A DNA stretch of 64,000 bases from Eledone cirrhosa (lineage: Eukaryota), in the NCBI GenBank assembly GCA_964016885.1, contig OZ024740.1:87668001-87732000 (forward strand), given 5' to 3'. The translations under genes and the position numbers were made by a program. Of the stretch, positions 40,615 to 53,200 are shown piece after piece (the first letter of the stretch is position 1; each line of letters starts with the position of its first letter). The notes under the pieces were generated by a model. It did not search any database, was not told the DNA's origin, and saw only the letters and a list, made by a program, of their open reading frames with translations.

Positions 40615-41133
40615 GGTTAAATTTGCTGAGTTACTAAATTGTGTCTCTTAACCAAAAGTTAATAATCAGCTTAAAGAAAAAAATAACTAAATAGATAAAT
40701 AATAATTGTAAAGGTGTAGCTCACTTGCTTCCTATCCAATGAAATCCAATTATATATTGTGGGTAAGATACACTAAAACCTGTACTACTTATTTGCGGAC
40801 TCTGAAGTGGTTATTCTTCCAGCCAATATGTCGTGTCATACCTTAGGCTATATCTAAGAGGTTGCATAAAGAATCAAAATATATAAATAAATGAAAATAA
40901 AAATGAATGAATTTAATGCCTTTCTCCATAGAATCTACTGGATGGCAGTGGTGAAAAAATTGTTGGAAACAGAGCATTGATATGAATGCCTGAAAATACT
41001 GTTAATATATGTTTAGGTGAATGTTTCGGAGTCAATTTCCTCAATTTTTTTTCACCTTAATGCAAATCAAGCAAGGTGATGAGGCAATGCCAGTTACTTG
41101 CTTTGCTTGAAATAGCTACATGGCCCAATCTCC

Positions 41134-41295
41134 TTTAACCAGCCATATCCGGCCAGAATTCTCTCACCTCTTTCTGTTTAAACTAGCCATAACTGGTCAC
41201 TCATACTTATGTTAAGGTATTGTTCTCAAAATAGATAATATCAAAATCTCATAGATTCAATATTATAAAGAGTAATGTAAATTCTAAAGGGTTAA
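41134..41295. mobile_element. piggyBac-like MITE remnant
   Basis: Ends ...ctaaaggg|ttaa; left end ttaaccagccatatccggcc is degenerate. Confidence 0.45.
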
Positions 41296-41626
41296 ATCAC
41301 ACAAAATCATAAATTAGAAAGAAAAAGTAACTCAGATAATATAGGATTATATTATCTACATTTTTCAGGATAATAGTACAAAAGAGACTAATGGTAATGC
41401 TGAGGACAAGAATTTTAAGGTGGCTGAAATTTGTATTGAGAATGAGGGGTTGGAAAGGTACCAAATGGGTCACTGGTGTGGAAGTTCATGGTGGCAAGGC
41501 CTAAGTTGACATGACAAAGATAGATGTGTGTGTGTGTGTGAAAAGTAAATGGAAAGCAACACAGCAAATGATACAGTACAATGAACATATATATTACTTT
41601 AACACTTGATATAGTAGAAAGAGAGC

Positions 41627-41660
41627 CTTAATGCTTTGGACGATAGTCCTTCACCAGCAG
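41627..41660 (-). mobile_element. Decayed hammerhead relic
   Basis: Minus strand CTGGTGA-A-GGAC-tatc-GTCC-AAAGC-ATTA: perfect stem II, core boxes mutated by transitions from CTGATGA/GAAAC. Confidence 0.45.
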
Positions 41661-41759
41661 TTAGAATGAGAAATAAAAGAACTAACACAATAGAGAGAAG
41701 TGTGAAGAGAAAGAAATGAAAAGAAATAAGCGAAAATGCATGTGTGTGTTTAGTTCAAC

Positions 41760-41800
<41 letters not shown>

Positions 41801-43120
41801 TCCACTGATGTATGGTTCAGTATGAGATGGGCTAAAGACATGTTCCTAAAAAGACAATGATCTCAGCTGGAATGTCTGATCATAAGTATGCCTTATCAGG
41901 GTTTTCATGGAGTTAAACAACAGAATGTTTCAAGCAATTTCTGAAGTGTGTTATAATCACTCCAAAAAGTGTTTTGGTTACTCAACCTATTAGTAATCTG
42001 CCTATGGCTGTTTCTATTTCCTTCATAGAAAATAGCTTATTTTAAAGTGTTTATATTCAAATTCAATCTTTCATCACAACATTTATAGAAAAAAGCAACA
42101 TTTTACTGCTTAGCCAAAGAAGGAAAGGCACCAGTGATGAGGTATGTTATTCAGAGCTTTCAAGACTAGTGAGAGAAATATCTTTTAAAATCCAGAGCTG
42201 AACCAAATGTTAGCAAAAAGGTGAACTCTGCTAAAAGTCCTGAAGAACAAGATGGGGGTAATAAACTGGGCAGCAGATTATGTCTAGCACTCAAGAACTC
42301 AGAATACAAAGAGCTAGAACAAATGCCATAATGCTATAATGATTCTGTCAATCCACAACCCTAGACCAGCATTTTGTCTTTCATTCTTCTGGGGTTGATA
42401 AAATAAAGTTGAGCTCGGTGGGAATTGAATTTAGAGCACAGGCAGCCAAAATAGTATCACAAAACATTTTGTTTTATGCTCTAAAACTGTCAATTGATCT
42501 TTTAGTTGAAACATTAACTGCCTATTTCTTCAGAAATGATTAAGGTATAAATGAAGGTATTTCTACAAAACTATGGTCATTGTTACCATTTTTAAATTTC
42601 CTGTGATATCTACTATAATGCTGTGTGACAACACACTCCTGGGTAGACATAGTCAGTTGTTCAGTTAAACACTTCCTGCAGGCCTAGGTACTGCAAGCAT
42701 ACAAGCTAGATATCTAACTTAAAGATACCTTCCCTTTTCCTCATATCAATCTTGAATAGATGAGAATGTATGGAAACTCATTGAATGGATTGTATCTATA
42801 ATTCAAAGGTCCAGCTTAGATGTCACACTTAGCTTAAACGGACATGTCAGTCACTTGTTAACTTAATGAGTTGGATGATGAGTTAATCAAGTAACAGAAT
42901 GCTTCATCAATGACACCAACAGAGGATTCAGCAGCAACTACAATGTAAGACCAATTCATTGATGTAAACTTTCTGTAGAGAATAGAACACTATTATGAAA
43001 ACAACTCAGGAGGATGTGTTTTTGGTTAAAACTACATAGAATCTTTAGTAGTGACACAGCAAACCATTGGGTTGGTTAGGAGTGGGACAAGAAATTAAAA
43101 TAAAACAACACAAACTATAA

Positions 43121-43680
43121 TTAAAGGAGATACTGACAAGACTGAGCCTGGCCACTTCTGCCATGGCAAAGCTGAATGTCATGGAAAAGCAAGTCCATCA
43201 GTTTTCCAACAAAGCTCAAACTATAACAAGTCCTTGGTGACTTTGATCTGTTTGTATAGGTGTGATTGTTGGACTCACAGAGATGACATGGAACAAAGAA
43301 GCCAGTCATTCAAGCACAAGTGTTTCAGAAGGTTGCTACACATCCCATACATGGAGTACAAAACAAACACCTTTGTCAGGCAGCAAGTCAACAAATATGC
43401 TGGCAGAGAAGAACCACTCCTTGCAATGGTGAAAATACAGAAGCTTGTCTAGTATGATTATGTATCCCACCACAACTCCCTGTCTAAAAACTATCTTTCA
43501 TGGCACAGTCGAGGGAGGGCAGACAAAGAAAATCCTGGTTCGTCAACATCAAAGACTGGACTGATCACATCGCTGAGACCCCTCTACACTTGATGGAAAA
43601 TAGAGACCTGTGGCCATGGCTGATTGCGAAAGCATCCAAAGTAGCACCCCAACATCAGGTTGCACCAGTTGTGGGAACGG
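43121..43680 (+). mobile_element. RTE-BovB-like LINE 3' fragment
   Basis: KSISFPTKLKL..SLV..ICLYRCDCWT....QSFKHKCFRRLLHIPYME.KTN.FVRQQV...EPLLAMVK..KL and GRQRKSW.VNIKDWT. Confidence 0.9.
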
Positions 43681-45682
43681 TGATGATAAATTGCACACAT
43701 GAATATAGGTTATGTACCAGTAATTCCAATGTCTGAAAAAGATTCTATCCTTGGCATATTTTATGTCCGTTCTATGCTGGCTTAGATTGGACTGCTTATA
43801 TGTGTGTGTTTGTGCTTGTGTGTGTACGTGTTTATATAGTGTACTTTGAGATAGTAAAATGCAATTTGATGAAGGATATGGCTGCTATTTCTAGCATGTT
43901 CAGCAACCTCGTAGAGGCTTCTTTATTTCTGTATAGCGAATACACAGAGGCACGGGACCACCAGCGATGGAGAGCACTGGTGGACTTGGTCGGCTTTACA
44001 CACGACAATGCTTTGGGATTGCTGGTTTAGGATGGCCCCAGCCTTGTTGAGCAAGAAGAGTACAGAGATGAGTTAAAACATCCATGGTAAAGAGATAGGA
44101 TTGTGTTATTTTTAGTCTTTTACAGCAGAGATATAAAGGGTAGTGGTGAAAAGAGTAGGATTTCCTGACCAGAGTATTCCTTGTTGTAGCTAAATTACAG
44201 TAGTAAATCAGAATAATTGACTTATATACTAAAGATGGTGTGAGAGAACCGAAGTTGGTAGGTAAGCAATAATTAGGAATCAGTTAAAATTTACAGTCAA
44301 ATCTTTCTCAGATTACACTATTGTATTAAAAAAAATTGCATAATATTCTAGATATGTTAATCCCAGAAAGTGTCTGTGTGTGTGTTTGGGTCAGACACGA
44401 GAGCCAGGCTTGTGGAAAGCTAGTAATAGGGTCCAAGCTAGATGTGAGATGCAAGCCTCTGAAGATGGTCACAGGTCCAGGCCAGATGTGAAATATAGGC
44501 TTCATTTCAAACCACCCATTAAGTAATTTTGTAATCAGTGCTAAATATGTATGAATTATGCCTGGGTTAAAGCTACTTATATGTATATACAGTGTTCATT
44601 AGTTACTACTACAAAATCCATTCACTTCTTTGTGGTGACAGGATAAAACCTTTCCATCTCACATGATCCAACATCAACTACCTCATTTCTTTATCGGATA
44701 AATCTGTATCTTCCTCAATGACTCTTTAGTGTCTTGAGAGGTCTTCCGTGTTTGTGTTTCACATTAATGGTCTCCTGTAGTAAAAGTACTTATTTACCAA
44801 TAACTGAATAGAAAAGGACTAGCACTGGGAGGGAGTATACCCCCCCCCCCAATCCTAGTCCCTGCCAACTGACCCCATCCCCACCGTCTGTTTAGGGTTG
44901 GAATATATTTGATAAGTCTAGTTGATCAGAGTTGATCTGGTGCTAAATAACTCACAGAACCTAACAACTTATTACATCATTTTTCATCATTCCAAATTTA
45001 AAATCAAGGCAAAAAATGCCAATGAAATTCTTCAGACCTATGATAACACTATCACCACCACCATCACTACAAATGGTCTTTTATATGGTTTTATTCCACC
45101 CACGTCCACCCGTCAGACAAGTTACTTGCTTATATGCACACAAGAAACTCTGAAAATGTATAATATCTTATCTAATATAGCCTAGAAAAACTTCCCTTCA
45201 ACTCAGTCACTACAATTTATAGGTCGAATACAAGTGAAAAGGAAAAAATTCTGAATGAATGAATGCTGCCACCACCCCATTTTCTATGGATGTGGGGGTG
45301 GATACAGAGGTGGTATCTTAGAATTTCTTACTACTTAATGCTACACCATTCTTCCACCTCTACCACCACCAAACTTTCAACATTCAGTCAACTATTTAAG
45401 GCTAGAAACCTGCAGTACGTTAATGAGGCCACCACATGGCCCAGGAAGAATAAGTGCAAAAGATATTAATATATTAGTAGAATGTGCCAAAGTGATGCTT
45501 TGTTTGTGTGTGGGTACATGTGTGTGTGTGTATATACATATATATATATGTGTGTATGTGCAGATAATCTGTGACTGCACTATATATCAACAAAGAGAAG
45601 ACTGTGTTAAGAGCTTGATATATTTTTTATAAAAATGTAGTCATATTTGTAGGGGCTACTATAGTTTCCTGCTAATCCTTAT

Positions 45683-45738
<56 letters not shown>

Positions 45739-46991
45739 CATTTTTACTGGTTTCACTATTTAAAAGGATGTAATACATAATATCAAACCCAGTACTTTAA
45801 TATTTTCAAGTCCTATACAACATATACACATGTAAATATACAGTTTCTGTCAAAATTTTTCTAGGCATTGACTAACATGAGTGTATAATAGAATATCCTT
45901 GCCCAAAGTGCCATGTATTAAACTTAAAGCAATGCAAACACTAAAAACTTGACCTGTTTATTTAAGAAGCCAGAGGTCAGCCAGTACATTTGTCTAGGGT
46001 CTATAAAGACAAATGCGAGTCCATGAATATCTGATACTCCCTCGAAAAGCTCTCAGCCCTCTTGAATTTTGAGAAGAGCTTACCCTACCCTGGCACCTGA
46101 AACCAGCCTTGCTTCTCTTGTAAAATATGCATGTATATATATAAACACACACACAAACTAGAGAGACAAAATTCGATGCATGGGTAGAGTGATATATATT
46201 CTATTATAGCTCTAAAATGATACGAGTGACTCAAGATAAAAACGATCCATGCTTAATATATATATATACCTTCAGATGAATACATGGGGAGGCAAAGGTG
46301 AAGGGTTTATTTTTTTTTTTACGCGGAATATTTATACAAAAGATTGAAAGCAATTTTCTTCGAACTGCGATTTTTAAAAAAATTCATGTTTACACACATA
46401 GACACATTTTTATTTTTATTTTAGAGGAAAGAGATTGTAATTTTCTTGACTATCAGCAAGAACATACAGGGAAAGTGAGAAATCTGTAATTAGCAAAATG
46501 TTACTTAGTGAAATTATTCCTTGAAGAACACTCCTTGCATTTTATTACTGCAACATGCTTTGATCAAATTAGCACACACACACACACACACACAAAAAAA
46601 AAGGCAAAAACAAAGAAAAATATTACATCACGTATATTTATTTACAAAGAAAGTATTTAGACACGTAAATGTATTTTGGTCATGTATTTCATCTTACAAT
46701 CTCTCTAAGACAGACAAATTACTGATTTCTTTTAGCTGTACCAACTTTTTATTTTTTGGTCGTTCTTTGCAATACAACAAAGTTGATTGAATCAATTCTT
46801 TAATATTGATCTCATGAACCCTATAAGGGGGGGGGGGGGGGGGTGAAAGGCAGAGTCAGCATTAAGTAATATCTAGTCTCAGAATTAATCTTTCTGTCCA
46901 TCTTGTGATGGTCATTTTTATTTATATTTATGGTGGAAGAAAAATCTATGAAAAATAACTAATTTAATATAATTAGTAACAGAATCTTAAC

Positions 46992-47133
46992 CTGGAGGTG
47001 GGTTTAACACTACCACCTGGTCCTTCAGTTAATCTCTAGCAGAGTCCACTCTTGCAAGCAGTCTCTGAGGATTCCTCCTTTCTACCTTCCTCAGAAGTCA
47101 TAAGAGGTATAGGTACTACTATTTCCTCTCTGA
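46992..47133 (-). other. Internal 142 nt exon (5' UTR/uORF-containing) of an unidentified minus-strand gene
   Basis: Strong acceptor ttttttttgctttttgctatttag|, donor CCAG|GTTAAG, locally raised GC, unique sequence. Confidence 0.6.
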
Positions 47134-49732
47134 CTAAATAGCAAAAAGCAAAAAAAACATTACAAAGTACAAAGCAACAGAATTGTTTTCTATAGATAAA
47201 TATAAATGTACTTTTTCTACATACAATCTCTCTTCTTCATTTTTGTGAGAGGGGGCAAATATTCCTGAAATATTACATTTCTTCACTCTTCACAGCAAAC
47301 CAATTTACTGAAATCTGAACCCTTCTACAAGCCAACAAAAGAGAATTTACGTAGTTGAGGTACCCTCCAGAAATAATAACCAAATCCTTCAAAATTACAC
47401 ACACCTCTTTTCTCTTTGAAAAGGACTGGTTAATGCAGTCAAAAGTACTTCCTAAAAAGACAATGTAACCACTGGGGAAGGGTGGGGTAATATGTCTGCT
47501 TTGATCAGAGCTGACCAAGGTATAAGGAACATTATCAATAACAAACTCATCTTTTTCATAGAAGTGTGGCAAAAACTTGTAAACACAAAATTTCATTAGC
47601 TCTTGAAAACTATTGACCACTTGAAGGAATAAAAGCAAAGCAAGAAAAATGTCCTTTTGTTGGTAAATAATTAACCAAAAGTCTTGAATAATCGTAATTA
47701 AATTGACATTATTCACCTTTATTCTAGAGTGAACATCTGGTCTGTATATTTGTTAGACAACAACAACAGATAACAATAGACAACAATAACAATAGACACT
47801 TTGGTGGTGTATTTTGTTTGGCAAGTGACTTCATTTGCCTCCCTGTTGAAACCAAAACGATTATATTAATGAAGTCACTTTAGCCAATTTAATAAACACA
47901 CAAAAAACTGTTGTATTCACTTATTTTATTTTGTGGAGTTAAATTTTTCGTTGCACTCTTTGCAGCCTGGTTATTGACAATTCCACTGCAGCTCAATAGA
48001 CTTCTGACAGCAGTGGTGTCACAAGACGGGCTCTCATTGCTTGTGGTCAAAGGTACTTTTGGTGTTCCCTCCTTAATTACCAGGTATATTAGGCTAGAGG
48101 AAATTTTGTAATTTTTCATACATGCTTCCAAAGCTGACCATCTCATCTTCCTCCGCCAGTGTGTCAGTGACCAGGCATTCCAACACAAAATGTTTTTGTA
48201 TCTGTATTTTTAGTGGTTAAAATGCCTCTTCCACGATGGAATAACAGCAATAGTCTTAATAGTAAACTGTTCAGGAATGTCTCCTACTAACCTTCTCCAC
48301 GTGCTACATATCTCAAGGCAGCAGTGGATGGCGGTAGATCTCAAGTCAAAGAAAGGAGATACAGATATTAGGGAAAGGAAAGGGGATGCTGATAATGAAT
48401 GGTATACATTACAAGTTTACGATATGAAGGAGCCTGGAGGAACCATGAGAAAATATAGTAACCGATTTTACACATGCCATGCCCCCTCCCATACACATTT
48501 GTCGTTGCTGTTGTTTGTGCTTATTATCGTCCCTAACAAATTGTTATAAATTTATTAAATTACTGAAAATAGTTCTAAAGATTGCTGGTTTGAAAATAGG
48601 GAAGAATGCGGCTCTAATTAATAATAATATTTCATATTCTTCAACAAATTACAGTACAAAAGAAAAAAAATGCTACAGCAGAATCAGTCCCCAAAGACCG
48701 GAAACAGCTCCTACCCGCGTCATTAAATCTCAGAGTCAATAGGGGCAACAGAAATTGAAGGGGGGGGGGGGGGTACATGGTGGTTTCTTTTAATGATTTG
48801 ATGCAATTTTTTTCGAGAGGAGGGGGAGATTTATTTTTTTCCATCTGTTGAATGTTAGATTTCGTGAATACAGTTAACAAAAGAAATGTTTCTTGGTTGG
48901 TTAATATTTCAATTCCGTTAACATTGAATTTAATGAAATAGCTAAGTAATAATTAAATAACAATGGGAAACTGTCGAACTAACGAGGCCGTCTCTTTCTC
49001 TCCACATGGTCGCTTCACCTACTAGAGAGAGAGAGTCGAATATATCTCAAAAGATAACGTTACTGTTCGACAATGTAATGCTTGAAATATACAAAGAAGG
49101 AATGGTCATGGATGGAATATATTTAATTGTGGGTCTGATCTAGAACTAAATAACAAAAAACAAAAGTTCTTTGAATTCCTTTGCTTACTGTTTTAATAAT
49201 AGTTTTGAGAGAGAAAGGTTTTATTTTTGTATATATATAAAAGAGCGGGAGAAAGTATATTTTCATTTTGATATTATTATTTACGAGTATATTATTCCAT
49301 AATCACCTACACTATTCCCACTCATCAAACACTTTCCTTACAACCCACCACCTTATTGCAATAGAGAAACTTTCAACTATTATAACGCCCCCTCCCCGCT
49401 TTATATAAAATGTCTTGGTTTTTCTTTTAATTAAATCCAAACTAAATTTTTTCTGCAATCTCTTTTCTTTATGAATCGAAAAAATAAATATAGCAAAATC
49501 AACGATAATAATTCTTAATGTTTCTAAACAGGCACAAAACCCAAACTCTTTTGGGTGGGTGGAGGATATTCGATTTTATTGAACCCCAGGTCCATTATTT
49601 TATTGACTAAGACTGATGGAAAGGAGGCGGGAATACTTAACCGGAAACTTGACCCCGAATGCTTACAACAGAAGGAGACTCCGCTAAAGGCACCTAAGAA
49701 CCAAGGGACAGATTAAGACTACCATCGAAACT

Positions 49733-50200
49733 ACTAAATTGTTTCTAAAATAGGAAGATGGCTAAAAATTGGGTGAGGAGGAATACTCGATTGATTTGTC
49801 CCGAATATTTGACTTTTTTCGAATCTTAATGTTTTTGTTTTTTTTATTTCACCAACCGTGGAAGGATGAAAGGCAAAGTTGCCCTCGGCAAGCATTTGAA
49901 CTCTGAACGTCAACAACCGGAATATATGCTGCAACGAATATACTCCGACGTTTTAGCGATTGTCAATCACCTTCCTTAATTTCTAAATAATACACGACAT
50001 CTTTATTTTTGAAATTTTTTGGCAGCAAGGGAATGGTTATTTTTTTTATCAACTCCCTGTATTTGACTGGTACTTTATCCTATTGACCCCGGAAGTATAA
50101 AAGACAAAGTTGACTTCGGCGTAATTTGAACTCAGAATGTAAAGTGTTGTAACTAAATAACGCATGACACTGTCCGGTGGTCTAACGATTTTATCAATCC
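49733..50200 (-). mobile_element. Two Meta-like SINE copies with CpGs retained
   Basis: gaaggatgaaaggcaaagttgccctcggc..tttgaactctgaacgt and ggtactttat..gaccccggaag..aaagttgacttcggcgtaatttgaactcagaatgt. Confidence 0.75.
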
Positions 50201-51520
50201 AGTAATAATTTAATTTTATCATTTGGACTAATGAGGAAGAAACAACCAATTACAAACAGGATATCACATTTGAAGACATTTTCTTTGGAGTTGTTGTTTA
50301 GCTCCAGGTCAATCCCGGCCAAGCAAATCTATGATTTAAAGCATTCTACTCATGACCATATTCTCCTTGTCCTTATTGCAGAGAATACAGGATCATATCA
50401 TTCAATGGGTCTTTTTTTTTTAAAGACGGTCGGTGTGTGATTTGTGGGAGGAGATTTTGGCTGCTATTTCTAAAGAGATGTGTGATCACATAGCTTCCCT
50501 CGTTGATTCGTCTGTGTGGTGGTACTGCTGGTAGTAGTTATAGTTGTGATAGATAGATAGAATTATTTATTTAAACGAAGTTCAATTTGACATAAAATGA
50601 GGCAACAAGTATATAGAGAGACCTTTGTCACAAGAGAAAGAGAAAAATATAAAGTCATAGTTCTTTGTGTGGAGGAAGAAGACGAAGGTAGAGATTGTTA
50701 GAATCCTGAATTCCTCTAAGAAAGGTATAACATGGCTTAGAGAGCGAAGAGAGAAAGAAAATGAAGAGGGGTAGGATAAAGAACGAAAACTGTTGCTAGC
50801 AGACTGCTCTAGATAGGCTGGTTTCTTCAGCTAGTATGTATGTATATATACATGTATGTATATATAAATATATATACATATAAAGAGCCGGTGTGACTTC
50901 GATGTAACCAGCTTCTTTATCAGCGTGCAAAACTTAGAGAGCTGTGTAGAGCTGACCTGAAAACTTCACATGAGAAGAAGGAATATAGTGGAAGGATGAG
51001 AAGAATAATCTTCGAAAAGTTTCTCCAAGAACGCATTTTCTTTTTTTCTTTCTTTCACAGTAGTAACACGAGCTAAGTTATACGTCTGGAGTATGAAACA
51101 TTCCCTCTGTGTAAGATGAGACTTAATACGAAATATATAGAATACAGAAAGGTGAAGTTAGTTATATTCCACCTACCAACATACGCGTGTGACTGAGTGT
51201 GTCTGTAATATCATATATATATATAAATGCATTTGTAGTAATACCAAGTATATATTCACGTAACTGTCCGAGTTTCAAATCTAAACGACGGTACCAACAT
51301 GTATACATGTATTAATAAGACGAGTTTTCAAGCATAAATTTCTTAAGAATAAAAATTAAATAACAAAAAATAAAACAGTAAATCAAGTGTTAAAAAACAA
51401 CAACAAAAAAACAAGTATTTCTGTAAGTAAATTATTAGTAAAAAAATACTAGTTTGAATTCTTATGAAAGGCATGTGTAATTTTATTAAAAATCTTTTTT
51501 AAATCTATCTTGAAACATTT

Positions 51521-51555
<35 letters not shown>

Positions 51556-52558
51556 CAAATAAATTAGAATTTATATGAGAGTATGTATAATTTCGCATAG
51601 ACAGGGTATGGAAAGGTAGAAATTGGGTAGCTTCAGGTATAAGATAATCTGGAATGGGTAGTTTCATTTCCATGTCAACCCTAACCAAGCAGAACCACGG
51701 TGAAAGACGTTCCAGTCGTGACCATCACGTACTTATTAATGTCAAGGATTAGTGTGCAAAATATTTATTTGGTTGATATTTCTATCAGATCGACTTAACA
51801 TGTAGCGTTACCCTCGCTTGTTCGAGGTAACTGAAGTTCGTCACCTCCAAATCTACCGTTAAGTAGACGTATGGTTGAAAGCGTTCCAGCTTTGACCATC
51901 CAGTTTTTCCCTAGGTATCATATCTAATAGACAATACCCAATGTGTACTTTTTTCTCTTTATTTGGAAAGGATTTGGCTGTTATTTCTCACAGGTCAAAT
52001 GGGTGGCGAGTATGGGTACATTTTGCACATGGGTGGAAAGAGTAGTGAGCAGTGTGTATGGAACACCTGGGCTGGTTTTTGATTAGTTTCAGGTCAACTC
52101 TGACCAAGCAGATCTATGGTTGAACACATTCCAGCCGTGACCATACCGTCCTTTTTCCTATATGCAGAGAAGCGAGGAACACATTATCGAATGTGTCTTT
52201 TGTATGAATTTATGGCAAAATATGGCTGCTATTTCTAACATGTCGAATGACTATGTACAAGCTCGTGGGTAGTTTGGAATGGTGGCGACGACAGTGCATT
52301 TGTGTTGCCCCTTTCATTGCCTTTGGGTAAACCACGTGGGTCAGTGAAAGGACACGAAGGACCTGGGAAATATATTTCTAGGCCTTAGACATTTAGTGGC
52401 AGTGAATTTTGCATTATTGTTGTTGTAAATTGGCTGTTACTGTTTTTTAATGACTCGTAAATATTAGTAATGGCTTAGTATGAGACTGAAAGAAATAGGT
52501 AAAAACATACATATGATTATATTTATATTATATAGCAAGCAATATTATAGCCTCTTAC

Positions 52559-53200
52559 CTTGCATAGCTGCCCAGCAGAGGAAACAGAAAATATATAGGA
52601 ACGGCATTTCCTTCAGACACCCCACCGACTCACCAACACAAATGACCACCACCAATGAACTAACACTTATATTAAGCTAGTGTATTGTGTGTTGTGGTAA
52701 GAACAAAGATAGTAAACCAACAACAACAACAAATGGTAAGAGGGGAGGGGGACGACACAGAAAACAAAGGAAGAAATTCTTAAAATATAATAAGATAAAT
52801 ATTGGCTGAGGGGGAATTTAAAAAAAAACAAAGACAGAAAAAAAAAGGACTTGAAGAACACACGAACAATAATAATTTACTCCTGGTGATTTCGGGTGTT
52901 GAAGACACGCATGATAAAGAATATATTTGGTCAGGGTTGGGGTGATATACTCCGCTAATGTCCTGTAAGTATCCTCCTGGGTGGTTTGGACAATGGGTGT
53001 ATGACGGGTGGTGGTGACAGTGGTTGGTGTTAACAGTGGTGGTGGTGGTGGTGATAGTTGGTGTTATATATTTTTTTAGTTATTTTTTATGTTGTTTGTT
53101 GTGTATAAAATTGCGAGAGAGAAAATTATAATATTTAGGTTATTGAACGTATTAATTAATAACCAATAATAACAAACAAACAGTTTGTTGTGTTAGTCAC
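52559..53200 (-). other. Candidate first-exon region of the minus-strand gene with three splice donors
   Basis: CAAG|GTAAGA (exon end 52559), TTG|GTGAGT (52634), GGA|GTAAAT (52881, followed by a pyrimidine-rich intron-like tract), immediately downstream of the CpG-rich block. Confidence 0.5.

Noticed and set aside
47085-47100. TTC-TGA at a uORF end as an antizyme-like +1 frameshift site
   Set aside because: Antizyme uses UCC-UGA with a long conserved ORF2; no antizyme similarity, and the +1 frame meets TAG after 18 codons.
47273-47716. 147 aa minus-strand ORF in unique sequence
   Set aside because: Non-ATG start, no recognisable motif, composition mirrors the T-rich strand, no clear splice boundaries; kept only as part of the TE-free block.
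51676-51688. caaccctaacc as a telomerase RNA template
   Set aside because: Lies within a dispersed repeat also seen at ~50325, 51840 and 52090; no other telomerase RNA features.
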